A stretch of 64,000 bases of DNA from Lama guanicoe (GCA_013239625.1 MU054338.1:5246724-5310723); one strand, 5' to 3'. Shown: positions 41,876 to 52,906, numbered from the stretch's first letter. Notes: generated from the letters alone by a model not told the origin. Program-made: numbers and translations.

Positions 41876-43034
41876 AGAAGCAATACAAAATTATGAATTG
41901 ATTATTATCTGTGCCTGGATCTGTATTGTCCAGTAAGGTGGACACCAGCCACATGTGGCTTCTCAGCGCTTGAAACATACTGCAAGCATACAATGAGCCA
42001 TGTAAAAAAGGGGAAGTATCTTATAAATCATTTTTATTTGATTACATATTAAAATGATACTATCTTGGATAGATAGGGTTAAATAAAATACATTATTTTT
42101 TAAAAAGACATGCTTAATACAGCACCCAATCAGTATATGTGGAATGAAGGAGTCAGACCTGGGCTTGGAATCTGGCCCCTCTTACTTGATCAGTCACCTG
42201 GACCCCAGTTGATTGTTTTTACCCTGTCAAGTTGGGATAGAGATTAATCCTATAGGGTTATTTTCACCTCAAGCCACTCTCTTTAGAGGAGCCCAGCCCA
42301 GCCCCAGCATCCCTGTCACACCTGGATTCGTAGAAGTGATCTTAGTCTCAAAGATCTTGCTTTGCTGTTTGTTGCTTATTTTGTCTGCTCTGCGCTGGGA
42401 TCATCTGTCTCCCAGTACCCAGCCCAGTGCCTGGCATATAGTAGGTGCTCACTAAGTGTTTGTTGAACGAATGAGATAACAGATGGCCCCAAACAGGTGT
42501 TTAGTGAGGCTCAGTGACATCACTGTCATCTTTCATGGCTGGGATACATATGCTGGCTCCCTGCAGAAGCCTCAGAGCCTAGTGCTTGAGTGATATGTAA
42601 GAGGTGCCCAGAAAACCCATGTGGAAGGGGTGAGTGGAGCTCAGTAGCTTCAAAGAGGGACTCACGACCCTATGAGACTCTCTCCTCAGGGCCCACTAGC
42701 CTCCCTCCCCACATCACCCCTGCCCCAGCCCTGGTTGACCCAGCCCCCACATGTCCAGCAGGAGCAGGAGAAGCACAAGGACTGAGGTCAAGGCCATGAC
42801 CAGTACTGGTAGCCCGAGTACCACACCCAGACCCCATGGAACACAGAGGCAGCTGGTCAGTCTGGGGAGGGAAGTCCCTCAAAGCAGGCCTTCCAGGAGG
42901 CAGCAGGGCCAACCACATGGAGAACACAGTAAAAAGGCTCACACAGGGACAGTCCATAAACCAAGGCCCTGAAAGTCAGGCCAGAGGCTTGCAAGGCATC
43001 CTAAAGAAAAAACACTTTTCCTTGCTACCTCCAG

Positions 43035-43369
43035 TTACCTGGCAACCACTTTGCATCTGGACCAGAGCAAGAGGCAGCTGGGCACAACAGGAGTCCAGGC
43101 TGGCAGACAGGGCACTGGGGGTCTGGTATGCTCCCCACGGGATGCACAACAATGTGGAAGAATGGGGGGTCCCAGCTGCTTCTCTCGAAGGCCACCTGAG
43201 CCAGGACCTGGAGGTAGCAAGCACTGGGGATGGAGTCTGAAGCAACAGCAATTGCAGAAGGACCCCTATTTCAGCCATTTTCCTTCCTGATGACCCCGAA
43301 GCCTCTGCTCAATGGCCCTCCCCCATTAGGGAACTATCCCCTTTTCATTCACAGTATTTAAGAAATAAA
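43035..43369 (+). pseudogene. Relic terminal exon with poly(A) signal
   Basis: Acceptor ttttccttgctacctccag|; phase-2 frame YLATTLHLDQSKRQLG... stops at 43290; AATAAA 43364-43369. Confidence 0.5.
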
Positions 43370-43899
43370 AGTTGGATTTTCCTAGCCAAGGAATAAAACA
43401 TAGGGCAAATGACTTGGCCTCCCGGACCCTCGGGCTCCTTCTCTGTAAAAGTGGGCCAATGCTGAGCACCTGGAAGGGTCCTCCAGCAGAAATGAGACTG
43501 AGCCGGTATTCAGTCCCCAGAGCAGCTCACTCCAAACGGAGTGGTGGTGTTACCCTTCACCGAGCCCACTGGCTGCCCCATTCTGCAGTAGGGCCATCTG
43601 TGTGCACCCAGTAGAGGTACCCAGTGCTGAGCTGTGCCCCTGCTCACCACCCGCTCACTGCAGCCTGCCCTGCAGGCCCTGGGGTGTGGTCAGTCCCTGC
43701 ATTTGGTTCTGCTGCAGGCTGGAGGCTACCCACAATGGCCCCAGGCTCAGAGCTGGTGACCAGGAGGCCAGAGGAGGCTTCTGTCCCCTGCGTTTGGTTC
43801 ACACCTGAGGAGAAGAGGGTCCACTACTGGAAGCAGTTAACTAACATCTGCAGCTGCTGTAGGAATGGGGGCCTCCCCTCTCCCAGAGCAGCCCTGACC

Positions 43900-44480
43900 G
43901 TGAAGATATGGCCGCACACTCAGCAACTGCGGTCCTCAGAACTCCGGGTTTCCAGCCAGGGCCTTCAATTTCTGAGCATACCGTTCGCCGCCACGACACC
44001 TGGGTTCCTAGACGGATCCAAGAGCATAAAAATCCCTGTCTGCCCCTCAGACCCCTTCCCCTCCGCTAAGGTTGCCGGTGGGACAAATGGTGAGGGACGG
44101 GGAGGTGGGCTCGTTCGCGGGGGACCTCCGCCAAGTCTGGGTAACCCCACTGCTTGGTCGTTGCCAGCCAGCAGGGCAGTCAGGGGCAGTGGGCCAGAGC
44201 GGGGAGGCTGGCCCCGGCCCGCCACGCCGCGTCCCCACGCCCGCAGCCACGCGGAGCCGCGTTCCCGCCCAGCCTCGCTCAGCGCGGGGGCGGCCACGGC
44301 CATGGCCACAGGACCGCTGGGCGCGCTGGGCGCTGGGGCTGCCTTGAGTCTCAGCGGCTCGGATGTGGGGGCGGGGCCCATAAGCCCCGCCCCAGTCTGA
44401 GCCCCACCGGGAAGCCCCGCCCCGGCGCCAAGTGCGTTTCATCAAGTCCCTCCCCCTGTGCTAAGCCCCACCCAGCCAGC
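43900..44480. promoter_or_regulatory. Second small CpG island ~1.2 kb upstream of the CCL25 TATA box
   Basis: Elevated CpG; GC boxes GGGGCGGGG/CCCCGCCCC at ~44367-44422. Confidence 0.7.
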
Positions 44481-45687
44481 CACCTGGCCCGGCCCAAGGA
44501 GTGGGCGAGGGTCCCCCTCCAGGGCCTCTTGGTGGAGCAGGAGAGATGACAGAAGGATATAGATTGTCATAAAGACTCAGAGTGATCTTATAGATAAGGA
44601 TGCGGGCAATAAAAAGTGAAAAGCGACCGTCTGTGAGGTCTCTGCAGAGCTCCCGCCTTCCCCTCACCCGCCGCTCCTCCCCGCCCTTCTCCCCGCACCC
44701 TTGTTCCAGGTGGGCCAGGCTGACCCAGGGGAAAGAGAAACTCCTTCTAGATGGGTTTTGCTTTGCTTCCTGCCTGCGTGGTTACCTGCGGCTCCGGCTT
44801 TTCTTCCTAAACCGGAGCATTTCTTTATTGCTGTGGTTGTTAATAACCGTTTTATTTCTTTCTCCCGGTGATATTCCGGGGAAATTCACATACCAGGTAT
44901 TGCACCATTGAAAGGGTACCCTTCCGCGGTGTTTTACTGTATTCGCAGAGTCCCGTGACCCTCACCACTATCTAATTTCAGAACAAAATGAAATCCATAC
45001 CCTCCTTTTCACACTCACACCGCCACCCCCTACCCTTCCCTCCTCAAAGTCCATAGCAACAACTCATTCTACTTTCTGTTTCTGTGGATTTGCCTGTTCT
45101 CCAAAACAGGGAATTTCTGTGACATAAGTCATCCTAGTGCGTAAAAGGAGAGAAAAATGTAGTGAAGTCAGGGCCCCACCGAAACAGGTGGCTTGGGAGT
45201 GGGGAGCAGAGGTGAGGGCTTTCCCCCTGCTCTAGGCAGCCTGAGTCCTGTCCATGAGAAGCCAGTGTCCACCTAGAGGTACATCAGGAAAGGGACTGGG
45301 AAGAGAAAGTCCCCTTCAGGGAGAAAGCAGGGGTGCTGGCTGAGAGGCCTGGGCTGGTGGGGGGTGAAGGTGAGCCTTCAAAGGGGGCTGGCTGAGGTCA
45401 GGGCTGGGTCTGTCCACCTGCATCCATCTACTGCTCATCACCAAGGTTGCCAAACCCCCGCCTGTCCCACATCCAAGTAGTTAGCTGAAGGGATCATTGT
45501 TTCCTACTTAGGGTCCTTTTGTCCCTTGCCCCCAACTTCCTCCAGGTGTACCCTAACATCAGAGAGAGGAGGTAGAAAGAAATGGGGCGAAGAGAGGAGG
45601 GCTGGGCAGAGAGAGAAGCTGGAAGTTGGGGTGGGAGGAGGCTGGCAAGGAGGAGGGAAGGCAGGAGCGGCAGGGAGGGGCTCCATC

Positions 45688-45693
45688 TATAAA
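45688..45693 (+). promoter_or_regulatory. CCL25: CCL25 TATA box
   Basis: TATAAA ~25-30 bp upstream of a short exon ending in CTG|gtgagt; preceded by a purine-rich tract with GGGGTGGG. Confidence 0.8.
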
Positions 45694-45715
45694 GGGCGAA
45701 GCTCACTGACCTGGT

Positions 45716-45775
45716 GGGCAGGAGAGCTTGGGGACGGCCCAGCAGGCACCAGCTCCAGGGACCTAGTGTGCTCTG
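45716..45775 (+). other. CCL25: CCL25 non-coding exon 1 (start approximate)
   Basis: Downstream of the TATA box; consensus donor gtgagt at 45776. Confidence 0.7.
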
Positions 45776-45985
45776 GTGAGTCCCTCCCTGCAACGGCTGA
45801 TACCGGCAGCAGGTCCTCCAACACAAATTGTCCCCATCCTGTGCCACCTACCTCCCTCACAGAGGGCCCTGGCTTGGGATGGGGTGCTCCCAGTGCCTGC
45901 TGCTGTCCATTTTAGGTCCTCATCACCCGCACCCCACTTCCTAGTTAATCCTCAAGGCGCCGAAGGAGGAGGTGCAGCCTGCACT

Positions 45986-46058
45986 ATGAACCCGTGGCTC
46001 CTGGTCTGCTTGGTGGCCTGCTTCATGGGTGCCTGGGCCCCGGCTGTCCATGCTCAAG
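45986..46058 (+). CDS. CCL25: CCL25 signal-peptide exon (MNPWLLVCLVACFMGAWAPAVHAQG)
   Basis: Hydrophobic leader typical of CCL25; donor CAAG|gtactg; 73 bp. Confidence 0.95.
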
Positions 46059-47761
46059 GTACTGTCTCGGACCACACTATCCCTGCTCCCCTGAAGCCCT
46101 CCCTCCCCATCCTCCCTGTGCCCTCCCCCCAACATAGGTTCCTCCTCCAGGAGCCTCCCCTGATCTCACCTCCATTGAATTAATTCTCTGACGGACAGCT
46201 GTCCTCCACCAGGTGTGCAAAAACTCTTGGGGTTTGTGCAGCTCCTTGGTGGTGCAGCGTTCTCCGCCTCTCCTTCCAGAGCCCTTTGGTACCCCCTCCC
46301 TAGTCCATGGGGCTATGGGGAGCAGAGGGTGGCTCCCAGTGGTAGCATGGCTGCTTACCACCAGGGACACAACACAGTGACCTGAGCCTGCAGAGCCCGG
46401 GCCAAGGTTTGAGATCCGAGCCCCAGGAACCAAAAAGAGTGGGTCTTCATTTTGGCTTCCCCCACTCAGGCTCCCTGTGCCATCTGCCTGAGAGTCGCTA
46501 CTCAGCCTTTATAAGCCCGTTTCCTCCTCTGCAAAATGAAGCTCTAAATTCTGGCTGCAGAGATGGGACATGAGGACCTGATGAGCTGATGCCTGCAAAA
46601 CTCTTGGCCCGGTGCCCGGCAGCAACAGCGATAATCATTACTGTTATTGGTGGGGAATTCCTTCCCCTCTCTCCCTAGATTAGGTACTTGAGGATATTGG
46701 TTCTGGGCATGCAGTGTCCCCCAGGAGCCCTGCCACCGTGTGCTGCATTGCAGTGGGCCTGAGGGAGCTAGCTGAGCCCCAGCAGCCGGCCAGGCTGGGC
46801 CCCTGGTCCAGTGGAAGCCCGACAGCCCCACCCACCTGCCCCACCTGCCCCACCTGCCCCTCGCTGGGTCTGAGAGGCCCTAGCCCAGCCCCCCAGCAGA
46901 ACTTAGCCTTTGCCCAGGAGGGGGTTGGGCTTCATTTCCCATTGTCCTGCTATTGGAGGCCCATTTCAGGCGCCAGGCCCAGCCTGGGCCCTTTGATCCC
47001 CGGGGCAGGGTGTCCCCAGCTCCAGGAACTGCCTGCCTGGCACTGCAGCACAGGGTCTCTCTGACTCCACTGCCCCTTGCCCTTGGGGTCAAGGTTAAGG
47101 GATGGAGAGATCCTTCCGGTCTCCCTGGTGCTGCCCCCTTCCAGGACTCAGCTGTGGCCCTCCAGGGCCCTCCAGGGCTCCACAGAGGGACGGATCCCAG
47201 ATGACATTAAAGGCCCAGCACCATCTCCACGTTAATTCATCCTCTACTCATTGCACCTGCGTCTTCTCGGACCCTTGTGGCACCAGTACCTCCTCCTCCG
47301 AGCACCCCCCAATCCTCACCCCCAGCCTCACTCCTCCCCTCACAGCATGGGGACAGAGGGGAAAAGGCAACCAAGACAGCCCTAGGTGGGAAAGTGCCAG
47401 CCTGGAGCAGGAGCTGGGATATCCGACGCAGAGGAGGGGCAGGGCTGGGAGTGGTGGCCCCCGGCCCCTCAGGGCACTGCACCCTCCTTGCCCTTGGCCC
47501 CCCGAGCAGGAGTGGAAATGCCCTTGGTCCCCCATTTATTTCGCGGTCCCGGCCCCTTCCCAGCTCCAACTCCTGCCAGCTGCCCCTTACAAGGACCAAA
47601 GCTGAGCTGAGCAGCTTCCTTACTGCCTGGACCTTCACGGGGCCTGGATGGGGTGTGGTGAGTGTGCGGAGCCCACATCTGTGGCTGTCGGTTCAAAGCG
47701 CACACGTAGCCGCACACGGACACATAGAGTCACGAGCCTTTGGGCGGCCATGTGCTCGCAG

Positions 47762-47879
47762 GTTCCTTTGAGGACTGCTGCCTGGCCTATCACAGCCTTG
47801 CCAGGCCATCCTTGCTCCGACGTGCTCACAGTTACCAGCGCCAGGACGTGAGCGGGAGCTGCAACCTGCCGGCTGTGAT
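47762..47879 (+). CDS. CCL25: CCL25 exon with the CC motif (GSFEDCCLAYHSLARPSLLRRAHSYQRQDVSGSCNLPAVI)
   Basis: FEDCCLAYH and SGSCNLPA are CCL25 signatures; tcgcag| and AT|gtgagt; 118 bp. Confidence 0.96.
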
Positions 47880-47968
47880 GTGAGTGGGACTGTGGGGGCT
47901 GTGGCAGGGCTCCCACACAACGTGTCTCCCCACTAACACCCTCACCTGGGCACCCCTATCCTCCACAG

Positions 47969-48105
47969 ATTCTTCTTCCCCCAGAAAGACAGGATGGTTT
48001 GTGGGAGGCCGGGGGCCAGGTGGGTGCAGATTGGGATGAAGATTCTGGATGCTCGGAATAAAACCCACTTCAAGCACCACCATGGCACCTGGAGAAACTT
48101 CCAAG
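47969..48105 (+). CDS. CCL25: CCL25 exon (FFFPQKDRMVCGRPGARWVQIGMKILDARNKTHFKHHHGTWRNFQ)
   Basis: Fourth Cys and WVQ helix; ccacag| and CAAG|gtgagt; 137 bp after an 89-bp intron. Confidence 0.95.
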
Positions 48106-48437
48106 GTGAGTGAGATCCCAGTCCAGCATCCAAGGGGCCCACCCTCCCTGCTGCAAGCTCCTGAGCATCTCAACCCCTAAAGAGGGGGTGACAGCCCAGC
48201 ATCTGACAGCTCCCCGCACCCCAAGGAGAGCCAGTGGCTGGTGAGTGGGAGGCAGACTGAATGTGCAACTCTTTTAGTCAAGACACTTTCAATTGCTAGA
48301 GATGGAAGATTCAAGCAAATGGGAGACTCATCAGCTCAAATAACCAGCCAAGCTGCAGCTTCAGGTTTGGCTGGATCCAGGTGCTCCAAAGGTATAGGTA
48401 GAGCTCTTATCTATTTCTCGCTCCTTCTCTCTAACAG

Positions 48438-48557
48438 GCCCTCACTCTGGGGTGAGGAAGTTGAGCTCTGGAAATGCCAAGCTACCATTGTCAAAGTTTA
48501 GTGGTCCCACCAGAAGCAGCAAGAGGAAAACCTCCCTCCTGACAACAGCTAATACAG
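48438..48557 (+). CDS. CCL25: CCL25 C-terminal extension exon (GPHSGVRKLSSGNAKLPLSKFSGPTRSSKRKTSLLTTANT)
   Basis: KLSSGN/SKFS motifs; ctaacag| and ACAG|gtcagg; 120 bp in frame. Confidence 0.92.
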
Positions 48558-48859
48558 GTCAGGACTCTTGATCCTGTGACCAGCCTCCACTCATCACTGC
48601 TGCTGAGGAATGAAGGTTCCTCATCAGCCCAGACTGGATCAGGGGACTCACCGCCACGACCGCAGAGGGCTGGCTCTGTGGCCAGTTCCACAGCTTCGCA
48701 TGGGAGGGTCCTGGGGAGCTGTTCCCCACCCTGCTCCTGCCCAGGGGGCTTTGGCAAGTGCTGAAGCAAAATTCCAGGCATGCGGACCAAGAGCCGCAGG
48801 GCCCCCAACTCCATGCCAGTCTCTTTCACCTTCACCTTCTTCTCCAACCCCTCCTGCAG

Positions 48860-48867
48860 GACGGTGA
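48860..48867 (+). CDS. CCL25: CCL25 last coding bases (G-R-stop); 151 aa in total; 3' UTR to ~49300
   Basis: Poly-pyrimidine acceptor ctcctgcag|GACGGTGA, phase 1. Confidence 0.8.
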
Positions 48868-49275
48868 GCCCACACTTCTCCAGGATCAGCTAGGGCAAGA
48901 CCAGCTGGACCTTTCTCCGCCACAGTTGTCACCACGTGGCCCCAGAGCTGTCCCAGCCCCTCTGTCCTTCAGGACAAATCTTAATTCCCATGCCTGAGGC
49001 TGCGTTGGTTCCCTCCCCATCACCTCTGCCACCTCCTGCTCCTCAGGGGGCTGGAACCAGGGAGCCAATCTTATTTCAAGGCCTTAGCCTGCTCTGGGCA
49101 CTAAAGTCAGCCCTACCTGGGACAGTGGTTCTGGTAAAGAACGCTCACGATTCGCCTGCTTGCAGCCTCCTGCCACCCACCCTGGGCCACACCTGTTTGT
49201 GTCCGTCTGGCTCTTTGCAAAGCTTCAGGCCACCCAAGGATGCCTCTCCCAGGATACGCTTGTCTGTAACTTTTA

Positions 49276-49281
49276 AATAAA
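49276..49281 (+). terminator. CCL25: CCL25 poly(A) signal
   Basis: AATAAA ~410 bp after the stop codon. Confidence 0.8.
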
Positions 49282-50653
49282 CCTTTAGTGGCATGCCACT
49301 CCTGTCTCTGTCACATTTCATTGCAGGGTGCAAGTCCCCAGCCCGTGTTAAATTCCACGTGGTCCCCTCCCACCCCAGGATCTGCGCTCTCAGCCGGCAG
49401 AGCAGATGGCTCCTGGGGGGCCGAGCGCCAGGCCAGCCCCATGCTTCCCAGTGGCCATCTTGAGGAAACCGTCCACTTGTTCCTCTTTTTTCATCTATAA
49501 AAAGGGGGTCACCGTGCTTTCTTTGCCCAGATCCCTGGGCTGTGTTGAGACAGGCTAATGGACAGAGATGCTCTCTGAAAGCTCTGAAGGGAGCCCAGAG
49601 GCTCCTGATAAATCAGGTGGGCTGGAACCGAGCCAAGAACAGAGTCCTGGAACTCTGCGGGAGGAGGCAGGGCCACACGCTGGGGTCTGGGTCACTTACC
49701 CAGACTCAAGCCCCCAGCTGTGCTGTCCTCGGACAGTCTGTTTCCACCACAACAGAGCATGTTCCAGATGAAAACCAAGTGGACCATCTCTAGAGGACAG
49801 GAGGTGGTGTGGGGCCAGGGTGCAGACTTAAAGGCCCTTGGGTCACATCCAGGCCCCACTACACTATGTGGGTGACCCGGGCAGATTCCATAAACTCTCT
49901 AAACTTCGCTTTCCCCACCATCAAATGGGGAAGCTGATGACACTGCCTGCTGCATACCAGTTTGTGGGAACTAAATACGATACCGTCTGCGACACACAGG
50001 GCACACGCACAAGCTACGTGTGACCACAGTGAGTATCCTGTCCCTGAGCGTGGCCATCAAATTCAGCAGCTCCAGCCCAAACTGGAGCCAGGCAGGATGG
50101 ACGCAGGTATGGCTGCCCAACTTTGAACCTGGCTCTGCTCCCTGGAACCTGGAGTCACCTTGGCCACGTTGCTGAACCTCTCTGAGTCTCAGTTTTCTTA
50201 TCCATAAAATGGGGATGAGAATAACAGCACCTCTTTCATGGGGCTGTAGTGACAACCAAATGGGTCGCTAACTGAAAAATCCATAGGACGGTGCCTGGTC
50301 CGTAGTATGTTGTCAGGAATGCAAGCCATTCTCATCAGCATTGGTGAACCCACGAGGGCCCCGGTGGTTGCCACCTGCAGCCTGGTTTTGTGCCCAACTC
50401 ACAGGTCTGAAGTTGGCAGAACCCACCTGCATCCTGGGATGGTGTTCCCCACCCCCTGGTGCAGGATGGTCTCGACCTGTCTCTCACCTGCACACTTTCT
50501 CCTCAGAATCTGAGCGGAAGCCCATCCTTCCCAAAGCTTCTGCCCTCCTAGGGCCTCCTGCTTCCCTCTACATGAACCTTGCCTGGCCCTGCCAAGGGCA
50601 TCGTCTGCTTACTGCCAGAAATTGCCCAGGGGGCAGACTTAACCCAAAATAAC

Positions 50654-50659
50654 TTTATT
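50654..50659 (-). terminator. FBN3: FBN3 poly(A) signal
   Basis: TTTATT on + (AATAAA on -) ~640 bp after the FBN3 stop. Confidence 0.75.
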
Positions 50660-51297
50660 GTTGTCTCTGCTTCTGATATAAAAGCATCCTCAGAACCCTG
50701 GCCCAGCTTCCCGTGGGGACAAACATAGCTGCACGTCATCACCTCTGGCTGGGGCCCCGCAGGCCCCTCTGCTGGGAGGGACAAGCCCTATGCCCACCCC
50801 AGCCACCCGTTCCCATGTCCCGCCGACCCTCTGGGGGTGAGGCCCCTGTGCAGTGCAGAAGTTTAAGCCTGAGATTGACCAGATACAGTGAAACATGGGG
50901 CCCTCCTTGACCCTGGTTGTTGGAAATGGAGGGGGGACATGGATGTCTCCAGCAAAGGCTGAATATTGGGGTCCCGTGGATAGAAGCTGGGCTCGCTTGA
51001 GGTCACAGCATAGCATTTCACTCTTCCTGAGTTTCTGGGTCCTGCCTGGTTAGCCACTGCCACCAAGGATCGAACCCTCTCAGCTCCAGGATCTCCCACC
51101 TCTGGAGAGGACAAGGGTGTGGGGGCCCCGGGGTGACCTAGGATCTCCCGAGGGTGGGTAGCAAACAGAGTGACATCAGAATTTTCCCAAAACCCCATGG
51201 AAGGAGGCAGGAGCTGGGCGATGCCCAGATGATGAGTCTGGAGAGTGGGCGGCAAGAGGGGTCTGGGGCCAGCTGGCAAGGTGTGGGCACCTCCGGA

Positions 51298-51630
51298 CTA
51301 CAGCAGCTGCACCTGCACCTTCAGACGCAAGGCCCGGTCCCCGGGCTGCCCCTCTGGCCAGGTGCTCCAGGGCTCGGCCACGCTCACCACCTCCAGCTGG
51401 TAGGTTCCAGGCCCCGGCCTCCGACGCCCCAGCTGCAGGGAGCTGAGGCCTCGGAGGTGATGCATGCGGAAGAAACCTTGCTCGTTGCCGCGGGTGATGA
51501 CATAGCGGACTCGGCCCCCCAGACTCTCCAGTGCCGGCCTCAGCTCCAGGATGTGCCCTGCTGGGCCCAGGCGCGAGAGGTTCAGGCCCAAGGTCAGCGG
51601 AGCCTCTGAGTCAAGGCTGGCCAGGCTCAC
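51298..51630 (-). CDS. FBN3: FBN3 last exon, C-terminal propeptide (VSLASLDSEAPLTLGLNLSRLG...ALRLKVQVQLL*)
   Basis: Fibrillin C-terminal domain (ILELRPAL, GNEQGFFRM); ttttccccag|GTG; TAG 51298-51300. Confidence 0.95.
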   Translation of the reverse strand: MSLASLDSEAPLTLGLNLSRLGPAGHILELRPALESLGGRVRYVITRGNEQGFFRMHHLRGLSSLQLGRRRPGPGTYQLEVVSVAEPWSTWPEGQPGDRALRLKVQVQLL

Positions 51631-52906
51631 CTGGGGAAAAAGACCAGGTGGATGAAGGTCAGAGGCCAGGAGAATCAGAATGAGGTGGGTGGGGGGCCAA
51701 GAGGAGATTTTAGCCAACTCTAAAGTGGAGGAAAACATGGACCATTCTCTGTCCTGACCCCTGTCTAGCCCTCCACGCACAAGGCCAATAGTCAGCTCGG
51801 ACTATAAACAGAAGATGGAACAGACGTTGGCTCTCAGGAGAAACGAAAGTGCGGCAGGTAGGTGGCCACTTTTTCTAGACCTCTTGTTTCAACTCGAAGG
51901 GACTTAGATCCCTGCCAGCCTGGGCAGGGGGAAGGAAGGATTTCCCCTCAAGACCCCAGACTGGGAGTTGATCAGATGGCATCGGGCTCCAGAGCCCTAA
52001 GATCACTCAAAGGTGGTCTAGGGTGGCTTGAGTTATGACCAAGGGCCTTGCAGCAGGAGCCGGCCCAGAAAACACTCAGGGGACGCAGACCCGGCTGGGC
52101 CGGATAGAGGAGCCGCCTAGTAGCTCTCCAGTTCCCGGAGGTACTTCCTGCATCTGGGCTCTCTCAGAGAGCCCAGATGACAAACCCCTCTTTATCTGAG
52201 CTCCTCTGAGTGCATTCCTGGTTCTGGCAGCTGGACAGGGCCCTGAATAAGCCAGCAAGCCTCAATGGCAGGCTGACTCAGGCTGGGTGATGGATTCAAT
52301 CCCACAGGATGCTAGCTGTGCTTTCTTCTCCTTTGCTCTGGGCAGAGCTATTTGTCCTGCCTAATTTACATGTTGAAGGGGGTGTTCTGCTGTTTCATGA
52401 AAGTGAGAACTATTCTTGTTTCCCAGCTCCTCAATTCTGGAGGTTTCAGCCCTTCAGAGGGAATGTTGCTCTGAAACATGCTCTTACTGACCCCTGGTGG
52501 CACTCAGTGGCTATTGCAGGCAAAGCCATAGGACCCAGCCCTCTGCCTACATCTGCTTGTGTTCATCTTAGGAGCCCTCCATTCCACTTCACTCACTCTT
52601 ACAAAAACCAACGGCTGTGCCAGCCAGGAGGTGATGGATGACAAGTTCCAGGATGCAGGCAGGGTTGGGAGCTCCATGGGGGCATCACACCCAGAGTCTG
52701 TGTGGGAAGTGCTTGACTTGTCACCAGGAGTAAGGTGGGGTGCTTGGGGGCCTGTGTCCCCCAGAGAGGCCCCAAGGAGAAGACGTGGGCTGGCATGACA
52801 TAGGGCGCATGCTGTGACATGGAGTCCGGTGCTCCCACCCTCCCCCCTTTCCCCACCTGCCCCTGCCACCAACTGCTCCCCATGCCCAGTGTATCCCTTG
52901 TGGCAC

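Larger units (their letters stand above)
26461..43369 (+). pseudogene. Candidate decayed multi-exon gene (about 10 relic exons) head-to-head with ELAVL1; parent unidentified
   Basis: Kozak ATG at 26461; exon-like segments with acceptors and mostly chaining phases at 26461-26596, 30748-30960, 32793-32872, 33008-33124, 33219-33305, 34276-34377, 36144-36321, 36815-36926, 38686-38872, 43035-43290; AATAAA 43364-43369; in-frame stops and decayed donors. Confidence 0.6.

Noticed and set aside
42751..42856. Extra relic exon ending in CTG|gtcagt
   Set aside because: Weak acceptor, and E9 already joins E10 in phase without it; not excluded
43624..44400. 258-aa ORF as a standalone gene
   Set aside because: GTG start, GC-rich, no recognisable family; kept only as part of the CpG-island finding
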